Shown: positions 19,507 through 30,253 of the stretch, one piece after another | How the letters are laid out: every line of letters begins with the position of its first letter | How positions within the stretch are numbered: position 1 is the stretch's first letter | NCBI GenBank assembly: GCA_030765585.1 | Contig: JAVCCJ010000020.1 | Location: forward strand, 1 to 56,784 | From: Candidatus Zapsychrus exili | Lineage (GTDB): Bacteria > Omnitrophota > Gorgyraeia > Zapsychrales > Zapsychraceae | Direction: 5' to 3' | Length of the DNA: 56,784 nt | Made by a program: the position numbers and the translations under genes | The notes under the pieces: model-generated | The model's input: the letters and a program-made list of their open reading frames with translations, nothing else | The model's database searches: none | Told to the model about the DNA's origin: nothing

Positions 19507-21534
19507 ATGAAAATAAGTTTAAACTGGTTAAAAGATTATATTAAGCTCGACATAAAGAAAGATGAGCTTAGTTGCAAGCTTACTATGGCAGGGCTTGAAG
19601 TAGAAGCTGTTACTTCCGTTGGCGCCGATACTGTTTTTGAGCTTGAAATAACTCCTAATCGTCCCGATTGTTTAAATATGCTAGGAATGTCGCGCGAAGT
19701 TTCTGCAATATTAAACAAACCAAGAAAGACGCCAACAATATCTTCTCGCAAAAAGATTAAAGATAAATGTGATATTACAATTGATAAGGACTGCGGTTGT
19801 GCTCGTTATATTGGAACGTTAATTGAAAATGTTAAAGTTGGCAAAACGCCTGATTGGATTAAAAAAAGAATAGAAGCTTTAGGTTTGCGCTCTATTAATA
19901 ATGTTGTTGATATTACTAATTTCACTTTAATGGAAATGGGCCAACCTCTGCATGCATTTGATTATGATAAATTAATTGGTGGAAAAATTATTGTTCGTCG
20001 CGCGAAAAAAGGAGAAAAGATTGTAACGATTGATGAAGAAGAGCGAGAGTTAGATCCTTCAATTTTGGTTATTGCTGATGACAAACGTCCTGTTGCAATA
20101 GCAGGGGTTATGGGAGGCAAGGAAACCGAGGTAACAAGCAGAACTAAAAATATACTTCTTGAAAGCGCGTATTTTGATCCTATTCTTATCCGTCGAGCAT
20201 CACGTAAGTTAGGACTAACGAGTGATTCATCATATAGATTTGAAAGAGGTGTTTTTTTTGATGCCGTAGAAACAGGATCAACGAGAGCAATAGATTTAAT
20301 ACTTGAATCTTTAGGTGGCGTGATCACAAAAACAACAGATTTAATTGCTTATAAATTATCAAAGAAGCCTAATAATGTCACGTTATCTCTAGAAGCAATT
20401 AATTCTTTTTTAGGATCTGCACTTACATTGAAAAATTGTACAAGCGTTCTTAATAATTTAGGTTTTATTGTAAGTACATCGGGTCGTGATAAGATAAAAA
20501 CAACAGCGCCGTTATTTAGAGAAGATATAAAGCAAGTTGTAGATGTGATTGAGGAAATAGCGCGTATTGTTGGATTTGGTAATATTCCATCAAGCCTACC
20601 ATTTATAAAAGCATCAAACATTCTACCTGATGAAAGTAGAATAAAAAGAGAACGTTTAAGAGATGTTCTTATATCTTCAGGATTAAATGAAATTGTTACA
20701 TATTCTTTAATAAGTAAAAAGAATTTAGAACAGTTTAATCAAAGCGTTGATTTTCTTAGTATAATTAATCCTTTAACGCAAGATCAAGAGGTGATGCGCC
20801 CAACAATGTTGCCAAGTATGTTGTCAGTTGCATCCGGCAACATTAACAAAAAACAAAAAGATATTAAGCTTTTTGAAATAGGCAAAACTTATGGTAAAGA
20901 TAAAGAGAAAGAAGTTCTAAGTATTATTATGTCAGGTCAGGTTTTAGAGGACTGGAGACAACTTTCTAAAAAAGATTGTGATTATTATGATATCAAAGGA
21001 TGTTTAGAACAGGCAATTAAAAGAGTGGGGGTAAGAGAGCTTAAGTTTTGTAACTCTCAACACCAGTTTTTAGAAGCAGGAGTGCAAGCATCTGTTATGT
21101 TTAAAGACAAAGCAATAGGATGCGTAGGGCAAGTATCCGACGAGGTATTAAAGCGATGGGGTATTAAGCAGGGCAATGTATTTTTTGCCGAAGTAATATT
21201 AGATAAAATTCTTGAAATACAAAATAAAAAGAAATCATATAAAACAATTACCGAATATCCAAGCATTGTTTATGATATTAGTTTAGCTGTTGATAAAAAA
21301 ATAAGATTTTCTCAAATAAAGGAAATAGCTTTTGAGCTAGGAACAGACATTTTATTTGATGTTCAGTTTAAGGAAGAATATTTAGGCGATAAAATTGCAA
21401 ACAATATGCGTGGAGTTATTTTTTCACTAACATATCAGTCCCCCACCAAAACCTTAACAGAACAAGAAGTAAGCCTCGTGCACAATAAAATCAATCAAGA
21501 GTTAATTAATAGATTGTCTGCCATAAAAAGATAA
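19507..21534 (+). CDS. pheT: Phenylalanine-tRNA ligase beta subunit (short form without B2/OB domain)
   Basis: MKISLNWLKDY, GLEVE directly followed by ELEITPNRPDCL, SINNVVDITN, RFERG, C-terminal anticodon-binding domain. Confidence 0.96.
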   Translation: MKISLNWLKDYIKLDIKKDELSCKLTMAGLEVEAVTSVGADTVFELEITPNRPDCLNMLGMSREVSAILNKPRKTPTISSRKKIKDKCDITIDKDCGCARYIGTLIENVKVGKTPDWIKKRIEALGLRSINNVVDITNFTLMEMGQPLHAFDYDKLIGGKIIVRRAKKGEKIVTIDEEERELDPSILVIADDKRPVAIAGVMGGKETEVTSRTKNILLESAYFDPILIRRASRKLGLTSDSSYRFERGVFFDAVETGSTRAIDLILESLGGVITKTTDLIAYKLSKKPNNVTLSLEAINSFLGSALTLKNCTSVLNNLGFIVSTSGRDKIKTTAPLFREDIKQVVDVIEEIARIVGFGNIPSSLPFIKASNILPDESRIKRERLRDVLISSGLNEIVTYSLISKKNLEQFNQSVDFLSIINPLTQDQEVMRPTMLPSMLSVASGNINKKQKDIKLFEIGKTYGKDKEKEVLSIIMSGQVLEDWRQLSKKDCDYYDIKGCLEQAIKRVGVRELKFCNSQHQFLEAGVQASVMFKDKAIGCVGQVSDEVLKRWGIKQGNVFFAEVILDKILEIQNKKKSYKTITEYPSIVYDISLAVDKKIRFSQIKEIAFELGTDILFDVQFKEEYLGDKIANNMRGVIFSLTYQSPTKTLTEQEVSLVHNKINQELINRLSAIKR

Positions 21535-21552
21535 TTGTGATATAATGCAAAT

Positions 21553-21701
21553 ATCCCTGCGGTGTGCGTCAGAGAGACAATAAAAAGAACTATAACTTTA
21601 AAAGGGAAGCTAAACTTCTTCTATATCTGTGGATATAGAAGAGAGGTACCCACTTGGTATCAGGTTCACCTTTTATTTATCTCAACGGCATTTGCGGGGA
21701 T
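21553..21701 (+). ncRNA. ssrS: 6S RNA
   Basis: 5' ATCCCTGCGGTGTGCGT pairs with 3' ACGGCATTTGCGGGGAT; A-rich central bubble; apical CTTCTATATC/GATATAGAAG; TGnTATAAT 7 nt upstream; context pheT / rarA / 5-formyl-THF cyclo-ligase is typical. Confidence 0.85.
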
Positions 21702-21722
21702 TATTTTAACCCTTCCAATCAT

Positions 21723-23060
21723 ATGAAAAGTAAAAATATAGTCAATATTCTTTCAGATAATCTTTTTGATAAGCTCGATCAAGAGTCTTTACAAAAAGAC
21801 TCTCCTTTAAGTGCGCGTATGCGTCCTCAGAATTTATCAGAGTATGTAGGTCAACAGCATATTTTAGCTGAAGGTAAATTATTGCCTAGAGCAATTAAAG
21901 CAGATTGTTTAAGTTCAATTATTCTTTACGGTCCTCCTGGAACAGGTAAGACTTCGCTAGCACATTGCATTAAGCAGGAAACGGAATCTTATTTTGAAAG
22001 AATAAATGCTGTGTCTGCAAATGTAGATGATTTAAGAAAGATTATTGCAGGGGCTCAAAATAGAAGACTTACAGCTAAACGCAAAACAGTTCTTTTTATC
22101 GACGAGATTCATAGGTTTAATAAGGCCCAACAAGATGTTTTAATGCCAGATTTAGAGGACGGCAATCTTATACTAATAGGAGCTACTGTTTTTAATCCAT
22201 TCTTCTCTTTGATAAGTCCATTAATATCAAGATCAATGGTTTTTGAATTAAAGCCTTTAGATAAAAAAGATATCGTAGAGATTCTTACAAAAGCATTAGG
22301 TTCAAAAAAAAGAGGCTTAGGTGAATTTAATATAAAAGCAGATAAAAATGCTATTGAGTTTTTGGCAGAGGTATCTAACGGTGATGCTAGAAAGGTATTG
22401 AACGCCCTTGAAATAGGATGTTTGACAGCGCCGAAAGATAAAAATGGACATCTACATTTTACATTAGAGGTAGCAGAAGAATCTATTCAAAAGAAACAAG
22501 TAGTTTATGATAAAGATGGCGATGAGCACTATGATACTGCGTCAGCTTTTATAAAATCTATGAGAGGTTCTGACCCAGATGCTGCTATTTATTGGATGGC
22601 AAAAATGATATACGCGGGCGAAGACCCAAGATTTATAGCAAGACGTATATGTATTTGTGCTGCAGAAGATGTTGGCAATGCTGATCCACAAGCCTTGATA
22701 CTTGCAAATGCTGCTTTGCAGGTTTCAGAATTCATAGGTTTGCCTGAGGCAAGAATACCTCTTGCGCAAGCTGCTATTTATGTTGCAACAGCTCCGAAGT
22801 CCAATGCATCTTATATGGCAATAGATAATGCTTTAAGTGATGTTAAGAATAAAAAGACACAGGCAGTACCAAATCATTTAAAAGATGCTCATTATAAGGG
22901 GGCTAAAAAACTAGATCATGGTAAAGATTATAAATATGCTCATGATTATGAGAACCATTATGTAAAACAAGAGTATATGCCAGAGCAAACGCAATATTAT
23001 AAACCAACAGATATGGGACAAGAGAAGGAAATAAAGCAAAGATTGTCAAAGAATCAATAA
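21723..23060 (+). CDS. rarA: Replication-associated recombination protein A (MgsA/RarA AAA+ ATPase)
   Basis: PLSARMRP, GPPGTGKTS, FIDEIHRFNKAQQD, SAFIKSMRGSDPDAA; start moved to ATG 21723. Confidence 0.96.
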   Translation: MKSKNIVNILSDNLFDKLDQESLQKDSPLSARMRPQNLSEYVGQQHILAEGKLLPRAIKADCLSSIILYGPPGTGKTSLAHCIKQETESYFERINAVSANVDDLRKIIAGAQNRRLTAKRKTVLFIDEIHRFNKAQQDVLMPDLEDGNLILIGATVFNPFFSLISPLISRSMVFELKPLDKKDIVEILTKALGSKKRGLGEFNIKADKNAIEFLAEVSNGDARKVLNALEIGCLTAPKDKNGHLHFTLEVAEESIQKKQVVYDKDGDEHYDTASAFIKSMRGSDPDAAIYWMAKMIYAGEDPRFIARRICICAAEDVGNADPQALILANAALQVSEFIGLPEARIPLAQAAIYVATAPKSNASYMAIDNALSDVKNKKTQAVPNHLKDAHYKGAKKLDHGKDYKYAHDYENHYVKQEYMPEQTQYYKPTDMGQEKEIKQRLSKNQ

Positions 23061-23193
23061 ACATATTAGTATTTATCTTGTTAGTATTAAACAACTTATG
23101 AACAGAAGGTGTCCTGCAATTTAAAGTTGTACATATTTCTGAATCGTGGTAAAATATATGCTCTCTTAAAGGAGAGAATAATTTAGGTTTAAA

Positions 23194-23757
23194 GTGGAAA
23201 AACAAACAAAAGAAGTTTTAAGAAATAAGATATTAACGCTTTTAAGAAATCAGAAGGAGGAAGATCGATCAGTCAAAAGCTTATGCATTTTAAATAAGCT
23301 TTTTAAGATACCGGAATTTAAGAATGCAAACACAGTTTTGTTTTATGCATCTTTTGATGGGGAAGTCGATACTTTTGAAATGATTAAACAAGCTAAACAA
23401 TTAGGTAAAAAAATAGGATTACCGAGAATTAATAAAAACGATAAGGAAATAACTCCTATATTGGTAGAATATTTGGAAAAAGACCTTGAAGCTGGTCCAT
23501 ACGGAATTAAACAACCTATAGATAATGGAACAAATAGATTAGATTTAAATGATATTGATCTTGTTTGCGTTCCAGGGGTTGCTTTTGATAAAAAGAATAA
23601 TCGTTTAGGAAGAGGTGGCGGATATTATGATCGCTTTCTTTCTAGACTATCTTCACGTATTCCTACCATCGGTTTAGCGTTTGATCTTCAAATTGTAGAC
23701 GAAATCCCTCTCCAAAAGAGTCACGATATTCCAGTGTCTCAAGTAATTTTAAACTAG
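23194..23757 (+). CDS. ygfA: 5-formyltetrahydrofolate cyclo-ligase
   Basis: VPGVAFD, RLGRGGGYYDRFL, HDIPV. Confidence 0.95.
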   Translation: MEKQTKEVLRNKILTLLRNQKEEDRSVKSLCILNKLFKIPEFKNANTVLFYASFDGEVDTFEMIKQAKQLGKKIGLPRINKNDKEITPILVEYLEKDLEAGPYGIKQPIDNGTNRLDLNDIDLVCVPGVAFDKKNNRLGRGGGYYDRFLSRLSSRIPTIGLAFDLQIVDEIPLQKSHDIPVSQVILN

Positions 23758-23836
23758 TATTTAGTACAAATACAACCCTAGTCATAAACAGCAAGAGTTT
23801 TGTTTCTGTTTATGTATATATAGAGAGGAGTTCACT

Positions 23837-25414
23837 ATGTTAGATGCGCACAACGTATATATGCAGAGCTTAATTTTATCTACTTCTGCAATTTTTCTTT
23901 TTTTAGCAGGTTATTTGGTCAGATGGTTTTTTGCAGACAAAAAGTCAAAAGATGCTGATGTTAAAGCTAAAAAATTAATTGAATTAGCACAAAAAGAAGC
24001 AGGTACGTTACGTAAAGAAGTAGAGCTACAAGGCAAAGATTATGCAATTAAAGTACGCGAAGATTTTGAGAGAGAAACAAAGGAACGACAAGAGAAAATC
24101 GCGGCAATTGAAAAAAGAGCAATACAAAAAGAAGAGAACATAGATAAAAGAGTAGATCTTTTAGAGAAAAAAGAAAGAGACATTAGTAATAGATTGGGTT
24201 CTTTACAACAAAACGAAGCAAAGGTACAACAGGAATCGCAAGAGTTACAACGTTTGATTTCAGAAGAAAAACATCAATTGCAAAAGATCTCATCTATGAC
24301 AGAAGAAGATGCAAAGAGATTGCTTTTATCAAAAATAGATGAAGATTTGATTCATGAGAAAGCAACTGAGATTAGAAAAAATGAAGAAGAGATAAAAGAA
24401 ACATCAGAAAAACGTGCTCAGCAAATAGTATCTTCAGCAATACAAAGATGTGCTTCAGAACATACTTCAAGTTCAACAGTTACCGTTGTTGTTCTTCCAA
24501 ATGATGAAATGAAGGGACGCATTATTGGTCGTGAAGGGCGAAACATTAGAGCCTTAGAAGCAGCAGCTGGAGTTGATATTATTATTGATGATACCCCAGA
24601 AGCGGTTACTATCTCAGGTTTTGATATATATAGAAGAGAAATAGCAAAGTTGGCATTAGAGAACCTTATATCTGATGGCAGAATACATCCAGGACGTATT
24701 GAAGAAGTTGTTGAAAAAGCTAAAAGAGAGTTGGATGGAGTGATAAGAGAAGAAGGTGAGAAGACTGCTTATAATTTGGGTATTCACAGTATGCACCCAG
24801 AGCTTTTAAAACTTATCGGTAAATTAAAATATAGAACAAGTTATGGTCAGAATGGATTGCAGCATTCAAAAGAGGTTGCAATGTTAGCTAGCTCTATGGC
24901 AGCACAATTAGGCTTAGATACTAAGCTAGCTGTACGCGCTGGATTGTTACATGATATTGGAAAAGTTGTTAGTCAAGATGTTGAAGAAGGAACGCATGCT
25001 GTTGTAGGTGGTAATTTGGCTCAGAAATATGGCGAAAAAGAAGTTGTTGTAAATGCAATAGCATCACATCACGAAGAAGTTGAAACAACATCTGCATATG
25101 GAGTTTTAGTTTGTGCTGCCGATGCTATTAGTGCTGCACGTCCAGGAGCTCGAGCAGAGACATTAGAAACATATATTAAGCGTCTTGAGAATTTAGAAAA
25201 AATAGCTAATTCATTTAAAGGCATTAATAAATCATATGCTTTGCAAGCAGGTCGTGAGATACGAATACTTGTTGATCCTGATAAAATAAATGATGATGAG
25301 GCCATTGTTATGGCAAGGGATATTAGACAGAAGATTGAAGAGGAGATGGAATATCCGGGACAGATAAAGGTTATTGTCTTAAGAGAAAAAAGAGCAGTTG
25401 AAATAGCAAAATAA
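23837..25414 (+). CDS. rny: Ribonuclease Y
   Basis: N-terminal TM, coiled coil, KH ([13 protein letters not shown]), HD (LLHDIGK), SAARPGAR. Confidence 0.98.
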   Translation: MLDAHNVYMQSLILSTSAIFLFLAGYLVRWFFADKKSKDADVKAKKLIELAQKEAGTLRKEVELQGKDYAIKVREDFERETKERQEKIAAIEKRAIQKEENIDKRVDLLEKKERDISNRLGSLQQNEAKVQQESQELQRLISEEKHQLQKISSMTEEDAKRLLLSKIDEDLIHEKATEIRKNEEEIKETSEKRAQQIVSSAIQRCASEHTSSSTVTVVVLPNDEMKGRIIGREGRNIRALEAAAGVDIIIDDTPEAVTISGFDIYRREIAKLALENLISDGRIHPGRIEEVVEKAKRELDGVIREEGEKTAYNLGIHSMHPELLKLIGKLKYRTSYGQNGLQHSKEVAMLASSMAAQLGLDTKLAVRAGLLHDIGKVVSQDVEEGTHAVVGGNLAQKYGEKEVVVNAIASHHEEVETTSAYGVLVCAADAISAARPGARAETLETYIKRLENLEKIANSFKGINKSYALQAGREIRILVDPDKINDDEAIVMARDIRQKIEEEMEYPGQIKVIVLREKRAVEIAK

Positions 25415-25425
25415 AAAATCCTTTA

Positions 25426-25531
25426 ATGGCACATCTGCTCGGCTGCTGGGCCGCAGTCTTTCAGATGTAAATTCGCACAGGCTAACTTGACGTTCGCCTC
25501 GCAAACTCGGCTCCGTAAGTTAGGTGCTCAT
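25426..25531 (+). other. GC-rich structured intergenic element between rny and ymdB (candidate cis-regulatory RNA)
   Basis: Stems ACATCTG/CAGATGT with GGCTGC/GCAGTC, and GCAC-CTAACTT-ACG / CGT-AAGTTAG-GTGC. Confidence 0.5.
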
Positions 25532-25533
25532 TT

Positions 25534-26352
25534 ATGAATATATTGTGTATTGGAGATATTGTAGGTAAGCCAGGTAGATTGGCTGTAGAAAAACTGCTAG
25601 ACGGCATAAAGCAAGAGTTTAACATTGATTTTGTTATAGCTAATGCTGAAAATGTTGCTGGCGGCGCTGGCTTAACACCACGCATCGCAAGACATCTTTT
25701 GAGTCTTGGATGTGATTGTCTAACCTTAGGCGATCATGTTTGGGATCAAAAAGAAGTGGAAGACCATTTAGATGAAACAGATACTGTTATTAGACCTGCA
25801 AACTTTCCAGAGGGAGTGCCTGGAAAAGGCTTCTGTATTAAAGAAACATCAAAGGGAATTAAAGTTGGCATAATAAATCTTCTAGGCAGGGTGTTTATTC
25901 GTTATAATTCTGAGTGTCCTTTTAAAGCTCTAGAAAGAATTGTTTCTGAAATAAAGAAAGAAACATCGAATATCATAGTTGATTTTCATGCAGAAGCTAC
26001 AAGCGAAAAAGTTGCTATGGGACATTTTAGCGATGGACGCATTTCTGCTATTTTTGGAACGCACACTCACGTACAGACAGCTGATGAGACAGTTTTGTCT
26101 GGTGGTACAGCATATATAACAGATGTAGGTATGACAGGTCCGCACGATTCAGTTATTGGCCAACAAAAAGAAAATATTATTAAAAGATTTTTGACTAGCA
26201 TGCCTGTTAGGTTTTCTGTTGCTAGAGACGACATAAGATTAAATGGAGTTGTCGTTGATATAGACGAGACTACAGGTTTTGCTCGAAGCATTGTGCGTAT
26301 TCAAAGAAAAACAGGCAATATGACCAACGAAGAGTCTGTAGAAGAAAAATAA
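25534..26352 (+). CDS. ymdB: YmdB/TIGR00282 metallophosphoesterase
   Basis: GDIVGKPG, NAEN, DFHAEATSEK, GTHTHVQTAD, TDVGMTG; follows rny. Confidence 0.95.
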   Translation: MNILCIGDIVGKPGRLAVEKLLDGIKQEFNIDFVIANAENVAGGAGLTPRIARHLLSLGCDCLTLGDHVWDQKEVEDHLDETDTVIRPANFPEGVPGKGFCIKETSKGIKVGIINLLGRVFIRYNSECPFKALERIVSEIKKETSNIIVDFHAEATSEKVAMGHFSDGRISAIFGTHTHVQTADETVLSGGTAYITDVGMTGPHDSVIGQQKENIIKRFLTSMPVRFSVARDDIRLNGVVVDIDETTGFARSIVRIQRKTGNMTNEESVEEK

Positions 26353-26434
26353 TTCTCAATTTATTTTGTTCATACATCTGTGGTATAATCCTATTAAAGT
26401 TTATAGATAAATACAAATATTTAAGGAGATTAAA

Positions 26435-26830
26435 ATGGTTAATTGGGATGGTTTAAACAGAAGAAGATTCCCCAGGGTTCGCTACCCTTGTTTAATTGTT
26501 ATTCGCTCAGAAGAACAAGACAATAATGTAATACTTACACATACAGAAAATATAGGTGTTGGCGGAGTATGCATCGTTTTGAAAGAGCCTCTTAAAATGT
26601 TTTCAAATATTACTATTGAATTGGATTTGTTGGATATGGAAAGCCACATTAAATGCGAAGGCAAGATTATGTGGTGTGTTCAAAGAAGCGGTTCGGCAGA
26701 TAAAAAACCTCTATTTTATGATATGGGAATTGAATATGTTGGGTTAGATGAAAAAGAATTGAAAAGATTAGATAGTATTGTTGTAAGGCTTGTTAAGCAA
26801 AACAGAGAAGTGCCATATAACGAAAAATAA
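26435..26830 (+). CDS. PilZ-domain protein (c-di-GMP receptor)
   Basis: RRRFPR (RxxxR) and NIGVGG (D/NxSxxG-like) motifs. Confidence 0.85.
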   Translation: MVNWDGLNRRRFPRVRYPCLIVIRSEEQDNNVILTHTENIGVGGVCIVLKEPLKMFSNITIELDLLDMESHIKCEGKIMWCVQRSGSADKKPLFYDMGIEYVGLDEKELKRLDSIVVRLVKQNREVPYNEK

Positions 26831-26871
26831 AATGTAGTTTAATGTAACAATTAGATAGGTTTTATAAAAGT

Positions 26872-28203
26872 ATGATTAAGGCAAGATTTGCTCCCTCTCC
26901 GACAGGGTATCTACATATCGGCGGTGCTCGCACCGCCCTTTTTAATTTCATGTATGTAAAGGCTCAAAAAGGAACGTTTGTCTTGCGTATTGAAGATACC
27001 GATCAGGTGCGTTCAAAAAAAGAATACGAAGAAGAGATTTTAGCTAGTATGAAATGGTTAGGAATGGACTTTGATGAAATTTTTTATCAAAGCAAACGTT
27101 TTGACCTTTATCAGGGATATGCACAGAAGCTAGTTGATCAAGGTAAAGCTTATAAACAAGACAATGCGATTCTTTTTAAGATGGAGTCTTGCGAACTTAA
27201 GCTTTATGATTTAATTCGTGGAGAAATTAATTTTGATACATCGAATTTTACAGCACGCAACGAAGACGGATCTACCGTTGTTGATGCAGCAGGCAGTCCT
27301 GTACTAAAAGACGAAGTTTTGATAAAGAATGATGGTTCACCTGCCTATAGCTTTGCTTGTGTTATTGACGATGCTACTATGGAAATTACGCATGTTATTC
27401 GAGGAGAAGACCATATATCAAATACTCCTAAACAGATGATGATGTATGAAGCACTAGGTTTTAAGCCGCCTAAATTTGCACATCTTCCTCTTATTATGGG
27501 AGAAGATGGTGGAAGGCTTTCAAAGCGAACAGGCGCAGTTGCTGTAAGTGATTATAAAGCCCAAGGGTTTTTGCCAGAAGCCTTGGTTAATTATTTGTTG
27601 CTTTTAGGTTGGTCGCCAGGAAACAATCAAGAGATAATAAGTTTAGATTCTGCTATATCCAAATTTTCGATAAAAAAGATAAACAAGGCTGCAGCTGTTT
27701 TTTCAATGGATAAACTTAGATGGGTCAATGCTCAATATACAAAGACAATGGATGCCCAGAAGCTGGTTGATTTTCTTGTTCCTTTTTTAAAAGAAAAAGA
27801 ATATATAAATGATACGTTTGATCAAAGCAAATTAGTTAAGGTAGTTAATTTATATAAGGGAAGATTTGCAGATATTAATGAATTTTTAGAAAGAACAGAT
27901 TTTATTTTTATTGAGGATATTGTTATTGATGAAGAAATGCGCGCAAAACACTTATTGGATAATCAAAAGAGCGCATTTAAGCTTTTAAGTGACAGATTAA
28001 GTATACTTGATAATTTTGATACTTTATCGGCAGAGAAGACTTTTAGGGAGGTTGTTAGCGAACTAAGTTTAGAGGCGTCAGGCCTTGTACATCCCGTACG
28101 AGTTGCTTTAACAGGCAAAGATATTGGTCCAGGACTTTTTGAAACCATGGATATTTTAGGTAAAGACAAAACAGTAAAAAGACTATTGAAAGTATTTAAA
28201 TAA
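26872..28203 (+). CDS. gltX: Glutamate-tRNA ligase
   Basis: RFAPSPTGYLHIGG, RIEDTD, HVIRGEDH, RLSKR. Confidence 0.96.
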   Translation: MIKARFAPSPTGYLHIGGARTALFNFMYVKAQKGTFVLRIEDTDQVRSKKEYEEEILASMKWLGMDFDEIFYQSKRFDLYQGYAQKLVDQGKAYKQDNAILFKMESCELKLYDLIRGEINFDTSNFTARNEDGSTVVDAAGSPVLKDEVLIKNDGSPAYSFACVIDDATMEITHVIRGEDHISNTPKQMMMYEALGFKPPKFAHLPLIMGEDGGRLSKRTGAVAVSDYKAQGFLPEALVNYLLLLGWSPGNNQEIISLDSAISKFSIKKINKAAAVFSMDKLRWVNAQYTKTMDAQKLVDFLVPFLKEKEYINDTFDQSKLVKVVNLYKGRFADINEFLERTDFIFIEDIVIDEEMRAKHLLDNQKSAFKLLSDRLSILDNFDTLSAEKTFREVVSELSLEASGLVHPVRVALTGKDIGPGLFETMDILGKDKTVKRLLKVFK

Positions 28204-28226
28204 CTTATCTTCGGAGGGAATGCATT

Positions 28227-28367
28227 ATGGATTTAAAATCTTTTTTTATTTTAGCTGCATGTATTTTTATTCTATCAGGATGTGCAACAAGTAAAAATCC
28301 TGGGAGGAAAACCGCCTTACAACATGTAGAAGCTTTTGATACTTGGACAAAAGAAGTTTTGTGGTAA
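28227..28367 (+). CDS. Small lipoprotein (46 aa, not in ORF track)
   Basis: GGAGGG RBS; MDLKSFFILAACIFILSG-CATSKNPGRKTALQHVEAFDTWTKEVLW; lipobox LSGC. Confidence 0.75.
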   Translation: MDLKSFFILAACIFILSGCATSKNPGRKTALQHVEAFDTWTKEVLW

Positions 28368-28390
28368 TCTTAAGTTTTCAATATTAAATT

Positions 28391-30085
28391 ATGGATAATA
28401 AAGACACAAATAATAAAAATTCTTTAGATTTTATTCGCGCTAGAGTTAAGGAAGATGTGAGCGCAAGTAAGAATGATAAAAGAGTTATAACTCGTTTTCC
28501 ACCGGAACCCAATGGATATCTGCATATAGGTCATGCCAAGGCTATTTGTCTAAATTTTGGAATAGCAAAGGAAAATGACGCTGTATGTCATCTACGCTTT
28601 GATGACACAAACCCAACAAAAGAAGAACAAGAGTATGTAGATTCGATAATAGAAGATGTTAAGTGGTTAGGGTTTGATTGGGGTAACCATTTATATTATG
28701 CGTCAGATTATTTTGATAGATTCTATGAATTTGCTTTGCAACTTATAGAGCAGGGTAAAGCTTATATTGATGATTTAAATGCAGAGCAAATACGTGAACA
28801 TAGAGGTACCTTAACAGATCCAGGTAAGGACAGTCCTTGTCGAAATCGTCCTGTACACGAAAATTTAGATTTATTTCATCAAATGAGAGCGGGTGAGTTT
28901 AACGAAGGTGATTGTGTGCTCCGCGCGAAGATTAATATGAGTTCTCCTAATTTAAATATGAGAGATCCTATTATTTATCGCATATTAAAAGCAGATCATC
29001 ATAGGACAAAGGACAATTGGTGTATTTATCCTATGTATGATTTTGCACATAGTATTTCTGATTCGATAGAGGGGATAACTCATTCAATTTGTACTTTAGA
29101 ATTTGAAAACCATAGACCATTGTATGAATGGTTTTTAGAAGAGTTGAATATTTTTCGTTCTAAACAAATTGAGTTTGCTCGTCTTAATTTAAGCTATACG
29201 ATCTTAAGTAAGCGTAAGTTATTACAATTAGTTGAAGAAAAGCATGTTTCTGGTTGGGATGATCCAAGGATGCCAACGATATCTGGTTTAAGGCGTAGAG
29301 GATATTCTTCGGCAAGTATTAGAGAGTTTTGTTCTCGCATTGGAGTTGCTAAGTTTGATAGCCTAGTTGATAAGGCACTTTTAGAGTATTGCCTAAGAGA
29401 AGATTTAAATAAAAAAGCAGAAAGAAGAATGGCAGTTCTTAAGCCTTTGAAAGTTGTTATTACTAATTATCCTCAAGATAAAAGTGAGGAACTTGATGCA
29501 ATCAATAATCCTGAAGACGAAACGGCAGGATCGCGTACAGTCTTATTTTCAAAAGAGATTTATATAGAGCAAGATGATTTTTTAGAGGATGCTCCAAAGA
29601 AATTCTTTAGACTATCTGTTGGTAGAGAAGTGAGACTACGTTATGCATATTTTGTTACATGTCAGGAAGTTATTAAAGACCCTACAACAGGTGAAATAAT
29701 AGAAATTCGTTGTACTTATGATCCTGAAACTAAGGGAGGAAATTCTCCCGACGGCAGAAAAGTAAAAGGAACAATTCATTGGGTATCGGCAGAGTATGCA
29801 ATAGGGGCAAAGGTAAGATTGTATGATAATCTATTTTTAAAAGAGGATCCAAATAAAATAGATGAGGGTAAGGATTTTAAAGAAAATTTAAATCTGAATT
29901 CTATAGAGGTGTTAGAGAAATGTTTTCTAGAGCCGAGCTTAAAAGATGCTAAGGCCGGAGAGCATTATCAATTTGAACGTTTGGGTTATTTTTGTGTTGA
30001 TTCTAAAGACTCAACACAAGATGCGCCTGTTTTTAATAGAACATCTACCTTAAGAGATGCTTGGGTAAAAATCCAAAAGAAATAA
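28391..30085 (+). CDS. glnS: Glutamine-tRNA ligase
   Basis: [52 protein letters not shown]. Confidence 0.97.
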   Translation: MDNKDTNNKNSLDFIRARVKEDVSASKNDKRVITRFPPEPNGYLHIGHAKAICLNFGIAKENDAVCHLRFDDTNPTKEEQEYVDSIIEDVKWLGFDWGNHLYYASDYFDRFYEFALQLIEQGKAYIDDLNAEQIREHRGTLTDPGKDSPCRNRPVHENLDLFHQMRAGEFNEGDCVLRAKINMSSPNLNMRDPIIYRILKADHHRTKDNWCIYPMYDFAHSISDSIEGITHSICTLEFENHRPLYEWFLEELNIFRSKQIEFARLNLSYTILSKRKLLQLVEEKHVSGWDDPRMPTISGLRRRGYSSASIREFCSRIGVAKFDSLVDKALLEYCLREDLNKKAERRMAVLKPLKVVITNYPQDKSEELDAINNPEDETAGSRTVLFSKEIYIEQDDFLEDAPKKFFRLSVGREVRLRYAYFVTCQEVIKDPTTGEIIEIRCTYDPETKGGNSPDGRKVKGTIHWVSAEYAIGAKVRLYDNLFLKEDPNKIDEGKDFKENLNLNSIEVLEKCFLEPSLKDAKAGEHYQFERLGYFCVDSKDSTQDAPVFNRTSTLRDAWVKIQKK

Positions 30086-30103
30086 ATACAAGGAGATAGT
30101 ATT

Positions 30104-30253
30104 ATGTGCGAAGAAAACAAAGAAGGTAAAAAGAAAAGCAGTTTGATTGCAAAATTTTTTAAGAAGATTGCTGATAAGATAGACAACAAGCTAAAAGAAC
30201 CGCCAAAATCAGGTGGTTGTTGTTGTGGTGATGGAGAAGATAAAATATGCTAA
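30104..30253 (+). CDS. Small Cys-rich putative metal-binding protein (49 aa, not in ORF track)
   Basis: AAGGAG RBS; MCEENKEGKKKSSLIAKFFKKIADKIDNKLKEPPKSGGCCCGDGEDKIC; overlaps permease start. Confidence 0.7.
   Translation: MCEENKEGKKKSSLIAKFFKKIADKIDNKLKEPPKSGGCCCGDGEDKIC

Noticed and set aside
21654..21722. N-terminal extension of rarA in the ORF track
   Set aside because: Overlaps the 3' arm of the 6S RNA; ATG at 21723 is more plausible
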